A DNA stretch of 64,000 bases from Felis catus (lineage: Eukaryota): positions 10,044,001 to 10,108,000 of the forward strand of contig NC_058368.1 of NCBI RefSeq assembly GCF_018350175.1, written 5' to 3'. Below the pieces are notes generated by a model. The model had not been told where the DNA came from. It saw nothing but the letters and a program-made list of their open reading frames with translations, and did no database searches. Shown one piece after another: positions 35,355 to 48,910 of the stretch (its first letter is position 1; each line of letters starts with the position of its first letter). Made by a program: the position numbers and the translations under genes.

Positions 35355-38300
35355 GCCAACTACAGGGAATCCAGATGTGACCTGTACTTACTTCTCCCAC
35401 CTTCCCTGCTGTGTTTCTCAGACCCTTTAGCTTCAGCCACACGTGACAGCTTTTTACTCAGAAATGTTCCTGTCTCCTGAACCTTGCTCCCGAACCAAGC
35501 TCTTCCTGCATGGACACCCTCCCTCCTGCCTCCGTCGTAGGCTCTTTTGGCTAATCTACTCCTCCCCCAAGTTCCAGTGTGAATCTCACTTCTCCTCTGA
35601 GGCTTACATGACTCCGCCACCATAGCAACCGTGCCTCTCTCTGGACACCTGCATCATCTGCTGCTGGGGACGTTTCTGGGACAGGCTCTGCCACCTTACA
35701 TCCTTCAGGATTCGCCTCTCAGTATTCAGGAGCGATGTCTCCCGGAGCCTTCACATTCTCTTGGTCCGGGGACCGAATGTTTGGTTTCGCGTGACGAGAG
35801 GACGAACTGATGCCGAATGCGTCCTCAGCATCGTCCTTGTCACGGAGCTGGGGCATACAATCTGCAGATGTGACATCTTGGGTTGCCCTGCCCGAGCCAG
35901 GGGCTGGCCAGGAGGGGAAGCCAGAGATCTACTCACCTCTCTGTCTCGGCTTAACCCCTTCTGGGAGGGGAGGTCTGCCGGCCTCCAGCTCTTCTGAATG
36001 GGTACCTACATTCATTTCCCGATACAGGCTTCCCCCGCTCTCTGAAAGTAGACAGTTCCTATGACATCTTCTGTAAGCCGAAATAGCGTAAAGCAAAGAC
36101 ACAATCGCCATTAATTTATAGGGAAAAGAAAATGTGAGCACTCTCAGTCCCCCCCGAAAAAACCCCTCTGAGGCTTTCCTGATATCTTAGGACACAGCTT
36201 GCCAGTGGATGCACAGAATAACTCCAGAGAAAGCACAGGTGCCCCTCGACACAGTTCAAAGCTGGGGCGGCTTGAGGCCGAGATGCTGCGTGTTCTTCCC
36301 GGGGATGGAGCTTGGGGGGCGCCGCTCTCGCCTCTTGGGGTCCCCGCTGCCTCTATAAGGTTCACGGCAAACATGCCGAATGCTGGTTTTGCCTCCGCCT
36401 TTTTTCGTAAAAGCAAAACTTCTCTGGTTTCTTGTGGTTAGCGAAACAGGGACTCTTGTAAGGTCTTTCCGGAAAGGCAGGCGGCTTAGCACGAACTTCC
36501 GAAAAGCGAGGGACCCCTGTCCTTCCCGATCCTGGGGAAGATCTCACTTTGTTTCCCTGCCAGGCCTGGAAGGGAAGGTATGCTACAACTTAAAGCGACG
36601 GGAGAGGACCGGGAGAGGGGGCCGGCCCCTGGTCGGACACAGAGGACTATTTCCTGTGTGGAGGCTGGCGCTGGGGTGGGAGGCTTGGAAAGCAAACTGG
36701 TGTTTCACAGTTTGGTCTTGGGCTGACTTGTTTATAATAAAAACATTTGGTTTGACTTCCCCAGAATCCAAGCCATGATGTAAATGCTGTAGCGTTCAGG
36801 CCGCATTCCTTTTAGTCTCCAGAGAAGTTCTTTTCAGCAAAGGATGAGGGTGGGAACAAATAGTTCCTGGGACCGTCTCCAGTCTGAAACATTGCATTTA
36901 GAGTTCGGGCCGTGCAAATAATTCACATACTAAAATTCAAGTTCTAAATAAACCTCGTAAATGACAGGCAAATTATTTGTGTCCGAGTAATGGACAGTGT
37001 CTCTTTAAATGTTTTTTTCCATTCCTCATGCATGCTGTAATCAGCAGACGGCCCTACATCCCCCCCCCCCCCCCCCCGTAAACAGACCCTTCTAATAGCT
37101 AATATCCTGCAGTGACCAAAGCCATTAGAAGGATTAGGCCATTACTATCCTGTCCAGCAAACACATAATGCTCACGAGGATTGCCTTTTTTTTTCCCTTT
37201 GGTTGTTGTTTTTATGGATGAATCGGGGCCCAATGGTCGGTTAAAAAATCAAAACGAGGAGGGCAGAGGGTTATGGCCATTTTCTCCAAGGACACCTCCC
37301 AAACAGCATTAGGATTTGAGATTCCTTTGTCAGAATGATGGCAGATGTCAGCTTTGTGACTAGAGCGAGCTCTGAGCATACGCAGACAGTACGCAGACCT
37401 CTGTCCCTCGTTACCATCGTGTCTAATACTCGCTTTCCCCGGCACCGTGCGTCTGTCCCTTTTCTCTGCCTGTTCCCACAGCCCTGTTTGTGCTGGAAAA
37501 GACAAACCACCAGCCCAACCCAGCCCAAGGCCACGTCGCAGGGCTCGGGAATGTTCTGAAACACTGCCACCCAGTGGCACTTCCCAGGCATTACAGCACA
37601 CCAGCAAGGGAGCCGGGAACCCAGTGTCCTACGCGGAAGGGTAAAGAGGGAGACGGGTGTGCAAGCTGGGCATCGACGGTGAGGCCAGCCGCAGAGAAGC
37701 ACCTGTATGGCACAAGGACAGGTAGCTGGTTTGGGACGGGCTAAATAGGACAGGTGACAGAAACCCGGAGAAAGGCGGCTGGATTATAAAGAGGAGGATA
37801 AAGAAGGTAATGGCATAGTCCGTCTGGGCAGTCCTTTCTAGATGGAAGAAACACACAGTTTCTGTAAGAGAGAGCAGGAGAAAGATGACGGGAAGATGAG
37901 TCAATGGCACTCTTTTTGGAGTCGCCGCAGTTTGGATGACTCAGTCTCACATGTCTGGATTCTTAAGGATCCTTGGGCTCTACTGATTTGGGGGATGCCA
38001 CTGGACCGGAAGGGGCTACACTGGGCCTCTGGATCTCCTTTCCGCCCTAACGTTGTGTGGCTTTATTATCCGAAACGCTGAATGAGCAAGCAATACAGAA
38101 AGGCAACAGGGTAAGCTGTGGGCAATCCTTAAGTCATCTGCGTTTGACTTCCAGATGCTGTAGAGGAGGGCATAAAAGACATACCCATTTTCAGCCCCTG
38201 GAGGTTCGGTGCTGGGACAGTAGGCCCGTGGGACGTGCGTGATTCTCAGAAAGAACCTGCGGTCTCACCTTCCAGCATCAGCAGAGAAGGGCCAGCTCCC

Positions 38301-39799
38301 TGGGATCTGGAACCTTCCAGCACTTTCCTGTGGGGGTGGGGTGCGGTGTGGGGGGGTGTTGAGAGGAAATCGGCACAGAAGGGAGGTTGTGCCCCCATTA
38401 AAATTGAAGTTAAACCAGAAGCTAATGGGTTAGTAATTGAATAGGTCAGCCTTTCCAGTAATATTTTTCGTTTTTAAAAGAGGCAAGTTATTCCAAAGAA
38501 ATTAGATTCTGCGGGCTGCAATGTAAGAATCCAGGCAGGCGGTAAGTGACTCCTCCTCCAATCTTACCTGCTGGTTCCTGTCCTACCTCCATCACCAGTA
38601 TTTGTTGGGAAACAGCCTATGTGATCACGATTTTAAAGACCGCTAGACTCACTTTCCTAGCCAAGGTCTAAGAGATTTGGGTTCAGGCTCCACTTGAAGA
38701 AACCCGGGCTGTACGTCCCCCCAGCATTTAGGGTGTGATGGTTTCTGCTTATCTAAAGTGCTCACATTGCAAATATGAGCAGCGGAGCTGGGGATTTACA
38801 TTCTGTCTTGATGGGAATTTGAACTGAAATACTCTGCCCACTGCCACTTTATAAGCTGGGAATCATCAAGCTAGCTACAAATACCTCGAGGGGTCCTTGC
38901 AGTTTGCTCAACATAAATCAGCAAAATGACAGGCAATTGACTTTGAAGACAGCTCTCACATGGCTGAGTGGCTGGAGCCACTGGAAGCAGATGAAGGCAT
39001 TTTCCTGTAAACATGATTGTGATTAGCACCAGAGTAAACAGCCGATTGGGCTCGATCTGTCAGACTCCAGCCTGCTCTGGATTTTTCGCGAGGCGGAAAT
39101 CAACAGGCGACTCCGTCGCGACGGAGTCGGCCATTCTGAGAAGTGAGTTTGTATTTCTACACCTGGTAAGCGCTTCTGATCTCCTCAGAAGGTTGGGCGG
39201 GAAGACACCTTGATCCGGCTCTGCTTTCGTGGAGACGGTGGGCGTCGGGCCCTCCCAGCACAGAAGCGGTTCAGCTGGCCGTGTGTGCTCCAGTGCCGTC
39301 TAACAAAGTTTGGCACAGCCCAGATTTTGGCTACGTGGCCAGGTGCACGTTGGCAAGGCCGACCTTACCCGTGGCATCTGAGGTTGTCACCCCTGCATGC
39401 TAACGAGGCCAGGAAGGTAACACCAGTAGCTAAGCTGGCCGGGGCGTGCGGGCCCTGTCCAAGGAGACAAGCTGGCCTTGCTCCACCAGGGGCTGATGCC
39501 AACTGGGACAGAGAGCCCAGGGTTGTCATACCAACTGATCTTTCTGGAGAAACCGGAGATTGGGATTTTCATGAAACACTACGCGTGCCAAATCAAATAC
39601 GTGTGCGGGCCAAAAGCAACGGCGGGGACACAGCAGCAGCGTGACCCTCGTTTTGGATTCTTCCAAACTCATTCCACCTATCCTTGGTCTCCGAGCCACT
39701 GGAAAGGATTTCCCGAAACGGTGAGGGAGAGCTTTCGTGGACACCCTCAGCAAGGGAGTGCAGAGTCTACTGGCTCTCCAGATCTGGAAAGGACTTTTC

Positions 39800-39831
<32 letters not shown>

Positions 39832-40039
39832 TTTCAACGTTTTTATTTATTTTTGGGACAGAGAGAGACAGAGCATGAATGGGGGAGGGACAGAGAGAGA
39901 GGGAGACACAGAATCGGAAACAGGCTCCAGGCTCCGAGCCATCAGCCCAGAGCCTGACGCGGGGCTCGAACTCACGGACCGGGAGATCGTGACCTGGCTG
40001 AAGTCGGACGCTTAACCGACTGCGCCACCCAGGCGCCCC
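39800..40039 (-). mobile_element. Young SINEC_Fc
   Basis: Long pure T tail; exact 15-bp TSD tggaaaggacttttc (39785-39799 / 40040-40054). Confidence 0.98.
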
Positions 40040-42725
40040 TGGAAAGGACTTTTCAATACCTAGCTTAGATCTTTCATGCGGCAGCTTGGACCACTTCTTT
40101 TTATTCGCAGTCAGCGGGAACTCAGAGGGACTGTTGGTCATCGCCGGAATAATCTTCCCACAAGAATTATAAACTCGGGTAGCATTTGGTGGAAGAAAGC
40201 GTCGCCGAAGGCTCTGGAATCCCATTCCCTCAAAGGCTCGAGGGGTGTCGCTCTGGTGAGCCCGGGCCTGGTCTCCGAATGGCTTTGAACCTCAGTTTTC
40301 TCCCTTACGGAATGGCTTCTTTTTTCCTCACGGGTCCTCGACTGTGCACAGCAGCCTGTGGCTGAGTCGGGGAGGCGTGTGCCTCTCTTCCGGGTTCAGC
40401 TCATCTGAGTGTGGTTCTCAAGGCCACCACTCACCGCTTGTGGGATTTGGGGCTCCTTGGGTAGTCTTTCCGACCCTTGCCGCTCTCATCGTTAAGATAG
40501 GGGTTAAACGAGTGTTTCCTCTAGAGTGTGGTGGGGATGGTTCTGTGTGCCCAGCTCAGGCCCTGGCATGTGGTAGTTTGGAAGGTGCAATTCGGGGGAC
40601 GGGCTGGGCACAGTGATGATGATGGGAAGGAGGGTCCGGGGTGACTCCAGGTGTCTGGGTGACTGGGTGCACGGGGGCCCAGTTCAAGACAGGTGATCCC
40701 AGACGAAGAACAGGGTACTCGTAAAGACAGGTGTTCTGTTTCATTCACTACATACCGAATTTCAGTCGCCTTAAAACTTTGAGGTCCGGAGGTCCAGCCG
40801 GAAGTCGCTGTGTGTGTTTGGACTCCTGGCCAGAGAGTTTCTGCCTGGAAGCATTAGTGGTAACTGAACGTGGGTGAGGTTGCCCAGAGGGAGGGTAGTG
40901 TCAGGGGACAAGGGACCACAAGAGGACTGCGACCTGAACCCGGAGGTTCAGCGGTGAGATGGGCCAGGGAGAAAGGTGAGGTGACGCATCAAGGGAGGCG
41001 GAGGGAGGAACCCGCCGAACGGGGAGGATGCCGTTAGGCTAGGCGCTGCTCGAGGTTGTGGACAAGAACGCCGTATGAAGTCACGTCGGGGAAATCCTTA
41101 GGGAGCAGGGAACAGTGACAGCGGAGGACTGGCGAATCCACACGGCGCGTGCCCCCGGGAGCAGGTGGGGCTCTGTGGAGTCGGGGGCTTGCCTTTTGTC
41201 TCTGGCTAGTGCACTCCAGGCTGGCGTCTGCCCGCTCGCTGCTGAGGTTCTGGTGCCTTCGACGGGAAGGAAAGCGCCAGGCTGCTGTCTCCCAGGGGGG
41301 CAGTGGCGCTCGTCTCTGCCTGTTTCATGCCAACAGCACAGGCTACAGAGAGTGGGGAAGAGGGAGTGGGGGAAGCCCCCAGTACCGGGAGGAGAGCCAC
41401 AGTCTTGGCATCACGGCACGGTGCTCCTTGAAAGTGAGGGGACCAGAGAAGGGGCCCAGGAGGCAGAAGCATGGTGGGTGCTAAGGGACCCTGGCAGATG
41501 GATGGAGGGAAATGAGACAGGAAATCCTGGAAAATGAAGACAGAGATGTATCAGAGGGGAAACATCACTGTGTCCTAGGGGCCTGAAAGGGAAGGGCACC
41601 CCCAGGTAGCGCTGGGGGGCGCAGGTGGTCACCGAAGGCTGGCGAGCACGTGCCTGGAGCCCTGAGCCTGCTCTCGGCCATGCCCTTCCTCCCTGGGGAA
41701 GCAGTCAGCAGGCATCCCGCTGTCCCCCAAACCCCGGTGCCTGTTTGTGGGCCCTGAGCACAGGGATGGGGACATGGGGCAGGGCCACGTGGTAGGACCC
41801 AACGGCGCCAGGGACAGCCAGCCCCGTCCTTCCCAGGCTGCAGGGAGGCCCCAGCCAGGGATGCATCTGCTTCTCACTCCCCGCGGCTCCCTTTGAACTG
41901 CAACCCTGCAAAGCACAGGCAGCAATAAAACCGCAAAGGAAGCAGGGGCCGCGGCCAAGGGCAGGGGACAGGCCTGTGGCTCTTCTTCCCAGGCTGGCCT
42001 GGGACCTCGGGAGCTGCCGCCTGTGTTTTACGCCTTCGGTCTCCCTTTTCCCACATAAAACTGCTCAAGACCCACGTCAGTTCCAAGTTCCAGCACGGAA
42101 AATATAGCAGCACACAATATGTTGTTTTGGCAGAAAGCTATGAATTTTAGTATGGAATGTCTGTCACGGGGGCCCATCCAATTAACTCACTTGTCGAGAA
42201 ATCAGAATAAATAGTTGAGAGGAGACGTCTGCGGCTTCTGCTCAGACCTTTATTTCTTATTTGTTTTCCTGCCTAAGCAGGTCTGCAGTCACCAGCATGT
42301 AGATTTAGGGTTGAGGAGGAAGGAAGACACAGCTTCCAGGGAAGGAAGGGGGTCGTTTCCCTGCATTTTGGACTCGAATTCTGGTCGTAGGAAAGTGTTG
42401 TGGAGGCAAACCTGGCATGTTCCCTTCGAGTCTCAGGCTCGGTGCTTTTGTTCAGTCTGAGACAAGGCTCAGCCCCAGAAGCTTCTCTCCATCCTTAGGC
42501 TTTTCCACTGCGGCTGGCGGGCGTGGCTGCGTCCATCCATCCAGTGGACAGCCCAGCCTGACATGGCTGTCCCCAGAGCCAGCCGCGATGCCTCAGGCAA
42601 GCCCTGTGACAAGGGAGGGCCACGGCATGAGTGGCAACGCCCCCCCCAAGTTGGGGCGCTGACGTGGGCCCTGGAACAAGAGGACGCTGCGGCATCAGTG
42701 AGGCCCATAAGAAAGACGCATCCCC

Positions 42726-42950
42726 GGGGACACCTGGGTGGCTCAGTCGGTTGAGCATCTGACTTTGGCTCAGGTCATGATCTCGCGATTTGTGGGTTCG
42801 AGCCCCATGTCGGGCTCTGTGGTGACAGCTCAGAGCCTGGAGCCTGCTTCCGACTCTGTGTCTCCCCCTCTCTCTGCCCCTCCCCCACTCATTCTCTGTC
42901 TCTCTCTCTTTCTCAAAAATAAATAAACGTTAAAAAAAAATTAACAAAGA
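42726..42950 (+). mobile_element. SINEC_Fc-type CanSINE
   Basis: TSD aagaaagacgca on both sides. Confidence 0.96.
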
Positions 42951-45054
42951 AAGAAAGACGCACCCTGAATGTGTGGCAGGGGGGTTTCCTCAGGAAGATC
43001 CTGGTCATGCCCACGTTTCTCCTGCCCAGATTCCCCGGGGGAGGCACAGGCCGCAGCCCTGGGCAGGGCGCTTTCCCAGGACCCCCGATTCCCCGGGCTG
43101 CTCTCAGGGGTGTTCGGCAGATAAAACTCTGGGCAGAGGACAAGTCCCTACTTTGAGCTTTTTTCTGTGGCTCTCTGCCTTTACATCCTTGGTCAGGTGG
43201 CGGGGGTGGGGCCCCAGGCCGGCTTCCCCGGGGCCTGCATTCAGGAGTTCTGCAGGAGCCCAGTGTGAGAGCTCACACAGCCAGAGGGACTGTTGGGGGG
43301 GTGGGGGGTGGCGGGCAGTAAACTCCAGACGCCCAGGAAAACACCTGGCCCATGGCGCCTGCCTACCCGCACACGTTCCCCAGCACTGTGCTTCTGGTAG
43401 CCTCCTTCCCCAGCCTCTGAGACCCAGCCCTCCCCACTCCCAGCCTCCCGGGCAACCTCGACAACCTCTCCTTTCCAGCCTTTGCACTCCCGGGGGGGGT
43501 TGACATCAATATCTCTCCAGCAGTGGTGGGAGAGCCCGCTCCAAAGCCAAAGTGTTTTCCGACCTTTGCTCTCCGGAGCAAGTGTCCCTAATAACGAGGA
43601 CCTGGAAGGAGGAAAGGCCATTCTGGGGGCCCGGCCACAGCCCGGATTCCACATCCAGGGCCTTCAGTCAGGAGTCAAAGGCTCATTCTTCAAGGGCTGC
43701 AGTCTAACTTTGTCTTTGTGCTCGGGTGCTGCTTCCATTTCAAAGGCTTCGCCAGCGAATCGCGTGAGTCATTCCTGGAACCTTCAGGAGTCTCCATGGT
43801 GACGGGCTTGAGTGGGCCGGAGGGAAGCCAGCATTCACTCCAGTTTGCAACAAGTTCCTCTCTTCTGATTTTTTTTTTTTTTTCCCTTTTCAATAGAGAC
43901 TAGGGCTGAGGCTTTAGCTTTTTTGTTTTTTAAGCAAATCACAAAATGGAAACTCCCTAAGCTCCTTTTCTATTTTATCCAAACAACATTCTGTATAAAT
44001 ACATTGTCTAGCCTTTACCTGTCTCTGTTGAGACCATGAAAACAAAGCAAGACGAAAACTATGCATTTGGGGTTTTTGTTTTTTGGGTTTTTTTTTTTTT
44101 AATTTTGGCAAGTGTTTGGAGAAGACATCCTATTTTCTTGTTTACCTCGGTGAAAAGGCTCCGGGTTGTCATCTGGAACAGAGATGCTCACGGCATCAGC
44201 CCAGGAGGGTAGAAGGCCTCACTAGCCTACCGTCACACGCAGCAGAAGTCTACCAGGAGTCTGAAAATATTGTGCGGTCACGATCCATGGAGACGCGAAT
44301 GTTCTTATCACCCCCAGTGCGCTCCCCGTGCACAGAGAGGTTCTTCACTGTGTAATGTTCAGGGAACAGCACAGTCGTCTGGGCACGTCACACAATGAGC
44401 GTTACCACGTCCCTTTTGGTCACGAGAATCCGCGTAGGAATCTAGCAGGAGGTTTTCAAGTGGGACTAAATCTTAAAATCTGTCACCAGCGTGATGAGCA
44501 TCGACGGACATAAGTACATTTGTATGTGATCTTTTGAGGGTACCGATCCTGTGTCATAGTCATGTGGCACCCAAATGTTCCCATGTCTGGGGGAGGAAAT
44601 GAGTTTATAAAACATTACGGCCTGAGTTCTGCTGGGCTCCGCGATCCCCTCGGGCTGCAGCAGGATGTTTAGCCTCCTGAACCTTTACCTGCAGATTTCT
44701 GGGTGTCTGCAGGGGCATCTCGTGCGTGCTCTGCTCTGCAGGGGTCAGCCATTCTCCACTGGTGGCTATGAAACCGCTCAGTGTGCCAACCCTTTGCGGG
44801 GTGCTGGGCGGAGGGATGGAGAATGCCTTTCTCTGCTGTGTTAGTCCCTCCTGGGACCCCCAAAGCAAGGCTATATGGTGTACCAGCCTTTCGATTGCTG
44901 CTCACATCTTCTGTCATTGTCTCAGACCTAGCCTTGGCCACCACCACCCCTCCCCCCAGGTAAAAGCCACACCTTTGTACCCGGAAAGGTTATTCTTCTC
45001 TGACAACAGAGGCTTTTCCAGTGGGTCCTGCTCTTCCTCTGGGTTCTTAGGACA

Positions 45055-45232
45055 CAAGTCCTAACTTCTGGGGGGGGGGGGGGCAGTCACAGAGCCTTTG
45101 GAAAAGGTGATAAAAGCCTGGAAACCTCTCACGGCAAACTACATGCACACACGCCAGCATTTCAGAGACAAACTCAGAAGCTTATGGACCTTGGAAGCCA
45201 ATGCCTGGGCCTCTGGGTAAGAATCCTGCTAG
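45055..45232. mobile_element. MER103-like hAT-Charlie remnant
   Basis: gtcacagagcctttggaaaaggtgataaaagcctggaaacctctc..atgcacacac..ggtaagaatcctgct. Confidence 0.5.
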
Positions 45233-45414
45233 ACAAGGACTTTCTTGCAAGAATTTTCCTAGTACTGCTTTCCCAACACTTTGATCCGGTCCAACTCGCC
45301 AATGTGTCAGACATACCCGGTCAAGGCTGAAGCCCCTCAGGGGGTACAGCCCATGCCCACCACAGCATGCACATTACTCATCAAATCCTTCAACCCACCA
45401 ATACAGATGGTGTG

Positions 45415-45742
45415 TGCATTAGCTTCCTGTGGCTGCTGTAACAGGTTGCCACAAACTCGGTCGCTTAAAACAACAGAAATTTCTTCTCCCACAGTTGTGG
45501 AGGCCGGAGATCCAAAATGAAGGTGTTTCTCTTTCTCTTCTCCCTGTGCGTCTCTTATAAAGACACTTGTCATTGAACTTAGGGACCACACAGCTAATCC
45601 AGGATGAACTCATCTAAAAGATCCTTCATTTTATTACATCTGGCAAGACCCTTTTTCCAAATAAAATCATAATCGCAGTTTCCAGGGATTAGGCTGTGGA
45701 CGTATCTTTTCCCCAAAAGATACTATCACCTCAGCCCACTAC
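45415..45742 (-). mobile_element. MLT1B/C-type MaLR LTR (internally deleted)
   Basis: ttagcttcctgtggctgctgtaaca..cttaaaacaacagaaatt..aagaccctttttccaaataa..cagcccactaca. Confidence 0.88.
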
Positions 45743-46731
45743 AGTATTTCTCATGTATGTCTCAGGAGCTAATAGTACCTACCACACAGTCAAGAGTTCA
45801 GTAGACATTCGTGTATTTTTGTTTGAGGGCTTGGAACAGAGACTTGCACCCAGGCGCTCTGTCCACTCGATTCTGAATAAAGGCGGTATGTGTCTGCAAT
45901 AAACTCAATGTCTTCAGCATTCCTCCACTATGAAAGTAGCTCCCCCGCTAATTAGAGTAAATAGTTTCTTGCTTTCCCTCAGGAATTTGTTACAGTAGTT
46001 TATGCCGTTTTTCAACTTATCACATTTTACGTATGCAAGAGTTCTCTAAGAGTGAAACAAGTATGTTTGAAGGTTTCTTCTTTCAACCCCACCGTGAGGT
46101 CTTTTCAGACCGTCAGCATCTGCAAATGACTTGGATTTGATTTATGAGATAACCTTGTAGGTAGATGTGTCCTAATATTTATCAGGATAAAAAGATGTGC
46201 ATTTCTGAGTACAACCGTATATTTTTATGTAGGCGATCTTATTTCTGTCATATGGCATTTCACTGACACCTGATACTCACTTCCAAATGTTCATTTATAC
46301 TATACGTGTACAAAGGAAATGCCATGCTTTTTCTCTCTTTAAAAATATAGCTGGATGTGACGCCCCTAATAGAAAGTAAATGAATATAATCAGATTTCCC
46401 CCACTCTGGAGTGCAGATTTTGAGCCTTCATATTAAAATGTACCACGCCGTCTCTCCAACCTCCCTATCTGGAATGATTTTATTTGACAAGGTTAAAAGT
46501 GGCAACGAGAAGTCTGGCTTTGCCAGCAGGAACTTTTTAAAACAACCTCTCCCTGTGTATATAATTCACACGGTACATACCTTGCAATTTCGTGCAGCTA
46601 GTCATATTTTATTTATGAAATGTTTGGAAGCTGGAATCCAAAATTAGGGAAGGTCCAAACTCCTTATTCCCTATTCATAGTGTAAATTAGTTCAAGTTGC
46701 TTTATTTTCATTGTTTTCTTTCCATATTCTT

Positions 46732-46985
46732 AAAAAAAATTTTTTTTTTCATGTTTATTCATTTTTTGCGAGAGAGAAACAGAGCGTGAGTGGGAGAGGG
46801 GCAGAGAAAGTGGGAGACACAGAATCAGAAGCAGTCTCCAGGCTCCAGGCTCCGGGCTCCAGGTTCCAGTCTCCAGGCTCTGAGCTGTCATCACAGGGCC
46901 CGACACGGGGCTCACACTCATGAACCAGGAGATCATGACCTGGCCAAGTTCGGACGCTTAATCGGCTGAGCCACCCCGAAGCCCC
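46732..46985 (-). mobile_element. SINEC_Fc-type CanSINE with internal heptamer expansion
   Basis: TSD tctttccatattctt; CTCCAGG unit repeated about six times. Confidence 0.95.
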
Positions 46986-48107
46986 ATCTTTCCATATTCT
47001 TTTAAATGTAAGGCTTCGGCAGGGGAGGGCAGGACACTTTATTAATAATATTTATCATTATTTGTCCATTTTCCAACAAACAAAACCCACCGAACAATCC
47101 CAAGAGAGCCAGAGAAAAAGCGGGCTCGCTCTCTCAATGCTCAGCACATACCTGGCACATTGGGGAAAGGCGGAAACACACAAGCTGAACATGTAGCCAA
47201 ATTCGCTGACCCAACCCAGGCAAGTTTAAATGGGAGCGCGCAGAGCCAGACTTGAAGTCAGAGATGCGTTAACATCAGGCCTTTCAACTTCACCGAGTAA
47301 TAAAAACCAGCAACAACACAGCATCAATCAACTAAATAAGACTCCCCTAAAAGAGTCTGCACTCGCCCCTGGGGGAGCCCTGCAGACAGATTCCACTTCC
47401 AAGTTGAAAGGAGGGCTAGAAGGGCTCTATCCCCCACCCTACCTCCCTGCACTCAGAGCTCTCTGTTCTGCAAACACTTTGCAATTTACTCTCTTTCCTG
47501 AAAGTATGTTAGCCCATGGATACAAATAGGCTGATTCCTCCGCGGAAACTCGCTGGCTGGTCTACCGGGGAGCTAGTCAGTCTCATTGTTTCGAAGTCCG
47601 ATGTGTTTGATTTTCAAACTCCCTGACAACTCGACCTGGTTTTAATTAAGTGCTTTGAATTCAGTTATTTTAAACTCAAAAGTGTGCCTGGATAAAGATT
47701 AGGATGATCAGTTTGTGTCCGAGTGTGTTTTCAACCTGTGGTAAGCTTTCTCCTTGCTAGAAATGGCTGTGTATAGAGGGTTTTTATTTGTTTGTTTTGT
47801 TTTGTGTTTAATCAAAGGGGCTGGCTTTCCCTGCATATCTTTGTGATAGACACCGGCTGGGGTTATTCTGTGAAAAATTGGGCCCGGAGCAAGTGGGGGG
47901 GGGGGTGCGGGGAGGAACAAGTGATTCTGGCTTTCAAAACTCACTGTGCTTGCAAATTGTTTGGAAGCACAAATGTCCATGATCCCACCTTCCGCATAAG
48001 CCTTAGCTAGCATTGTGATGCAGGCTTTTAAAGACGTAACTTCTTAAGCATCTTCAATACACCTAAGTGCTGGGCCCTCCCTGTTGGTTCTTTCAATCGG
48101 CCAGGTA

Positions 48108-48240
48108 TAGGATAGCTGCATCATTTACTGTCCATGCAAGGACCCTCTTGAGGGTGGACAGAGGTACTAAGTGGATGGGATGCTAGGACAGCAGGTATAA
48201 ACCAGGACGTCCTGCTGAACAAGCACCTAGGTTCCCCCAG
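48108..48240. mobile_element. MER81-like hAT-Blackjack remnant
   Basis: tttactgtccatgcaaggaccctcttgagggtg..ggacagcaggtataaaccaggac. Confidence 0.45.
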
Positions 48241-48910
48241 GCAGATGGAGTTCTTCTGCCCTCTGGGCCAATTACCAAGGGTTTTTCAGTGACCCTGAGT
48301 ATGCTGGAAATGTCGCCAGCTTCACCTGCCGATGGTTCTCATAAATCCTGGCATCTTTTCTTTTGGAATCATCTCTTCTTTGTCCGTGGGACACCAATCC
48401 CAGCAACTCACTATTTCTGGACCCTAGAGCACTTTTGTCACAAAGTTGTTGTTGTTTTTTTTTTTTTTTTTCTACCTACGATGCTCCTGTCTTTCCCACG
48501 TCCGTCCACGGAGATCCTAGTGACTATACAAGACCCAGTTCAATGGTGCCTCTTCTGTGAAGAAGGAGCGGGTGGGGAGCCTTTTTGTCACCTAAGCTCG
48601 CACAGGGCTGTGTTTGTGTCCTTCTTGGGGCACTTGCTTTCTTTTATGTGTAGTATCATGTTCATTGCTGAACTGAGAGGAGGGACCAGGCCCAAAGCCT
48701 GGACTCCACAGCACTCCTTTGGTCTTGAGCCCTTGTTTCAAGTACTTCTCACGTCTTACTTGAATTTTGGTGTTTTGGGTGGGTTCTTTTCTAAAGTGTG
48801 ACGAGAAACAAAGATTGAAAGCTTTGCTGCATCTGACATTTGCAGGGAACAGGCTCACACTATTGTTGGATTTGAATGCTGGCCTCTCCACTTAAGAGCT
48901 GTGCAATCTC

